DNA from: a virus
Taxonomy: Duplodnaviria > Heunggongvirae > Uroviricota > Caudoviricetes
DNA: 64,000 bases
IMG/VR virus record: IMGVR_UViG_3300025898_000004
Location: 30,452 to 94,451 of that record
Direction: 5' to 3' (one strand)
In this document: piece by piece, positions 63,057 through 64,000 of the stretch
Layout: each line of letters begins with the position of its first letter
Position numbering within the stretch: position 1 is the first letter of the stretch
Notes under the pieces: model-generated
The model's database searches: none
Told to the model about the DNA's origin: nothing
The model's input: only the letters and a program-made list of their open reading frames with translations
Translations under genes and position numbers: made by a program

Positions 63057-63137
63057 CAGAGGGTAAAGGAATCGAACCCTTAGGTGTCACCCTAGCCCGG
63101 ACTTCGAAACCGGTTTGCCGCCACGGCGCTACCCTCC
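63057..63137 (-). tRNA. tRNA-Ser (CGA), class II with 15-nt variable arm
   Basis: Manual fold: ggagggt|ag|...|ccggt-ttCGAag-tccgg|gctagggtgacacct|aaggg-TTCGATT-ccttt|accctct|g; D arm short. Confidence 0.65.
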
Positions 63138-63207
63138 GAGACGCGCCCCCTCTAGGTCGCCACCGAAGAGAGGGGACGCTCACCCGCCGACACGGCAACG
63201 GGTGTAG

Positions 63208-63278
63208 AGCGGATGACGGGAATCGAACCCGCGTCTTTAGTTTGGAAGACTATGACTCTGCCATTGAGCTACATCCGC
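63208..63278 (-). tRNA. tRNA-Gly (TCC), U73
   Basis: Manual fold: gcggatg|ta|gctc-aatggca-gagt|c|atagt-ctTCCaa-actaa|agac|gcggg-TTCGATT-cccgt|catccgc|t. Confidence 0.75.
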
Positions 63279-63284
63279 ATTGCG

Positions 63285-63527
63285 TTACTCTGGATATTCA
63301 ACAGCTCCCGGAATGAGACTGCCCAACAGGCGAAACTGATCTGGGTAGGCCCGCGCCGCCGCCTGCGACATGATCATTCGTTGGAGCACGTGAATGTGAT
63401 GACAGGACTCGGTCAGGTCATCCATTCGCGTCGGACCGTCCGCCACGATCCGGCACATGTTCATGTGCACCTGACCAAGCATCACGGCCGTTTCTTTTTC
63501 GAGTTGCGTCAACAGTTCCGAGTCCAC
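63285..63527 (-). CDS. hypothetical protein (80 aa, GTG start) embedded in the tRNA array
   Basis: ORF track; moderately high GC3; weak RBS. Confidence 0.3.
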   Translation of the reverse strand: MDSELLTQLEKETAVMLGQVHMNMCRIVADGPTRMDDLTESCHHIHVLQRMIMSQAAARAYPDQFRLLGSLIPGAVEYPE

Positions 63528-63573
63528 GCCACCCCGAATGCTAGTAGCAATATTGTCTTGCGGCGAAACAACG

Positions 63574-63646
63574 CTGACCTAACTGGACTCGAACCAGCAT
63601 CCCCCAACTTAACAGGATGGTGCTCTGCCAATTGAGCTATAGGTCA
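63574..63646 (-). tRNA. tRNA-Asn (GTT), G73
   Basis: Manual fold: tgaccta|ta|gctc-aattggca-gagc|a|ccatc-ctGTTaa-gttgg|gggat|gctgg-TTCGAGT-ccagt|taggtca|g (one T-T mismatch in anticodon stem). Confidence 0.65.
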
Positions 63647-63886
63647 TTAGGCCCGTCCCCCAGGTCTTTCACCCGGAATGCCACAGTCGCGAACCATGAG
63701 CATTGCTTTAATATGCTGGGACGGATGGAAGCCCGATAGGTGGATCTCCGCCACAGCCTCACCAGTGGTGAGCGGTATCGTGTTTCATCACCATTGTGGG
63801 TACCGCACTTGGGGTTGAACTCCGGCACTCGGGCCAACATGCCGGATGGTATAAACCCGGAACGCGAGGAACCGGGCGGGAAAACG

Positions 63887-63962
63887 TGGCAGCGGTGGGA
63901 TTTGAACCCACGATCTCCGACTTATGAGGACGGCGAGGACGACCGAACTCCTCTACGCTGCT
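63887..63962 (-). tRNA. tRNA with CAT anticodon (Met, or Ile2 if lysidinylated); 1:72 A-C mismatch
   Basis: Manual fold: agcagcg|ta|gagg-agttcggtcgt-cctc|g|ccgtc-ctCATaa-gtcgg|agatc|gtggg-TTCAAAT-cccac|cgctgcc|a. Confidence 0.6.
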
Positions 63963-64000
63963 CTAGATGGCACACGGGCAGTGGTGCTTGCGCCCCTAAA

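Noticed and set aside
62478-63198. ORFs 62478..62771(-), 62777..63034(+), 62968..63198(-) in the tRNA array
   Set aside because: Overlap tRNA genes or have low GC3 and no RBS.
1-64000. Integrase, attP, excisionase, repressor of lambda type
   Set aside because: No tyrosine or serine recombinase motifs found in any frame of this window. The genome may be lytic, or the integration module lies outside the window.

Overview
This window is a large part of a high-GC (about 65%) actinobacteriophage-type genome. It contains no cellular housekeeping genes and no integrase or attP site; I did not identify the phage cluster. Layout, left to right: (1) 1-11.6 kb, many small early-type genes on both strands. 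They are driven by a recurring sigma70-like promoter family built on the motif GGGRTGTCAAC (= -35 TTGACA), and some are separated by long perfect hairpin terminators. (2) 11.6-16.3 kb, a minus-strand operon encoding an FtsK/TraB-like membrane DNA translocase, a Zn-finger protein and a DUF2637 membrane protein. A divergent short GntR-type HTH gene sits upstream, and a dense array of TGTCCCGG/CCGGGACA repeats lies just downstream of the translocase gene. Together this resembles the TraB/clt/KorA transfer module of actinomycete conjugative elements. (3) 18.3-42.3 kb, a plus-strand virion and lysis block: terS, TerL, portal, a fiber-motif protein, a MuF-like protein, a protease-scaffold fusion, major capsid, connector proteins, a NUMOD3-repeat protein, major tail, a G/G-T chaperone with a -1 frameshift, tape measure, minor tail proteins, a GH25 lysin and four or five small membrane proteins. 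(4) 42.4-60.5 kb, a minus-strand replication/recombination block: Lsr2, VRR-NUC nuclease, UvrD-like helicase, Cas4/RecB-like nuclease, ParB-like protein, primase-polymerase, SPFH protein, DnaQ-like exonuclease, DinG-like Fe-S helicase, an HNH endonuclease in a low-GC islet, and a Ro60 (TROVE-vWA) orthologue. (5) 60.5-64 kb, a minus-strand array of 16 tRNA genes preceded by a tRNA-like element. Notable points are a candidate Y RNA (YrlA-like) beside the Ro60 gene, three leucine tRNAs that lack the long variable arm, and two tRNA-free gaps that may hold further ncRNAs. All calls come from reading the sequence and the ORF track. No database search was run.
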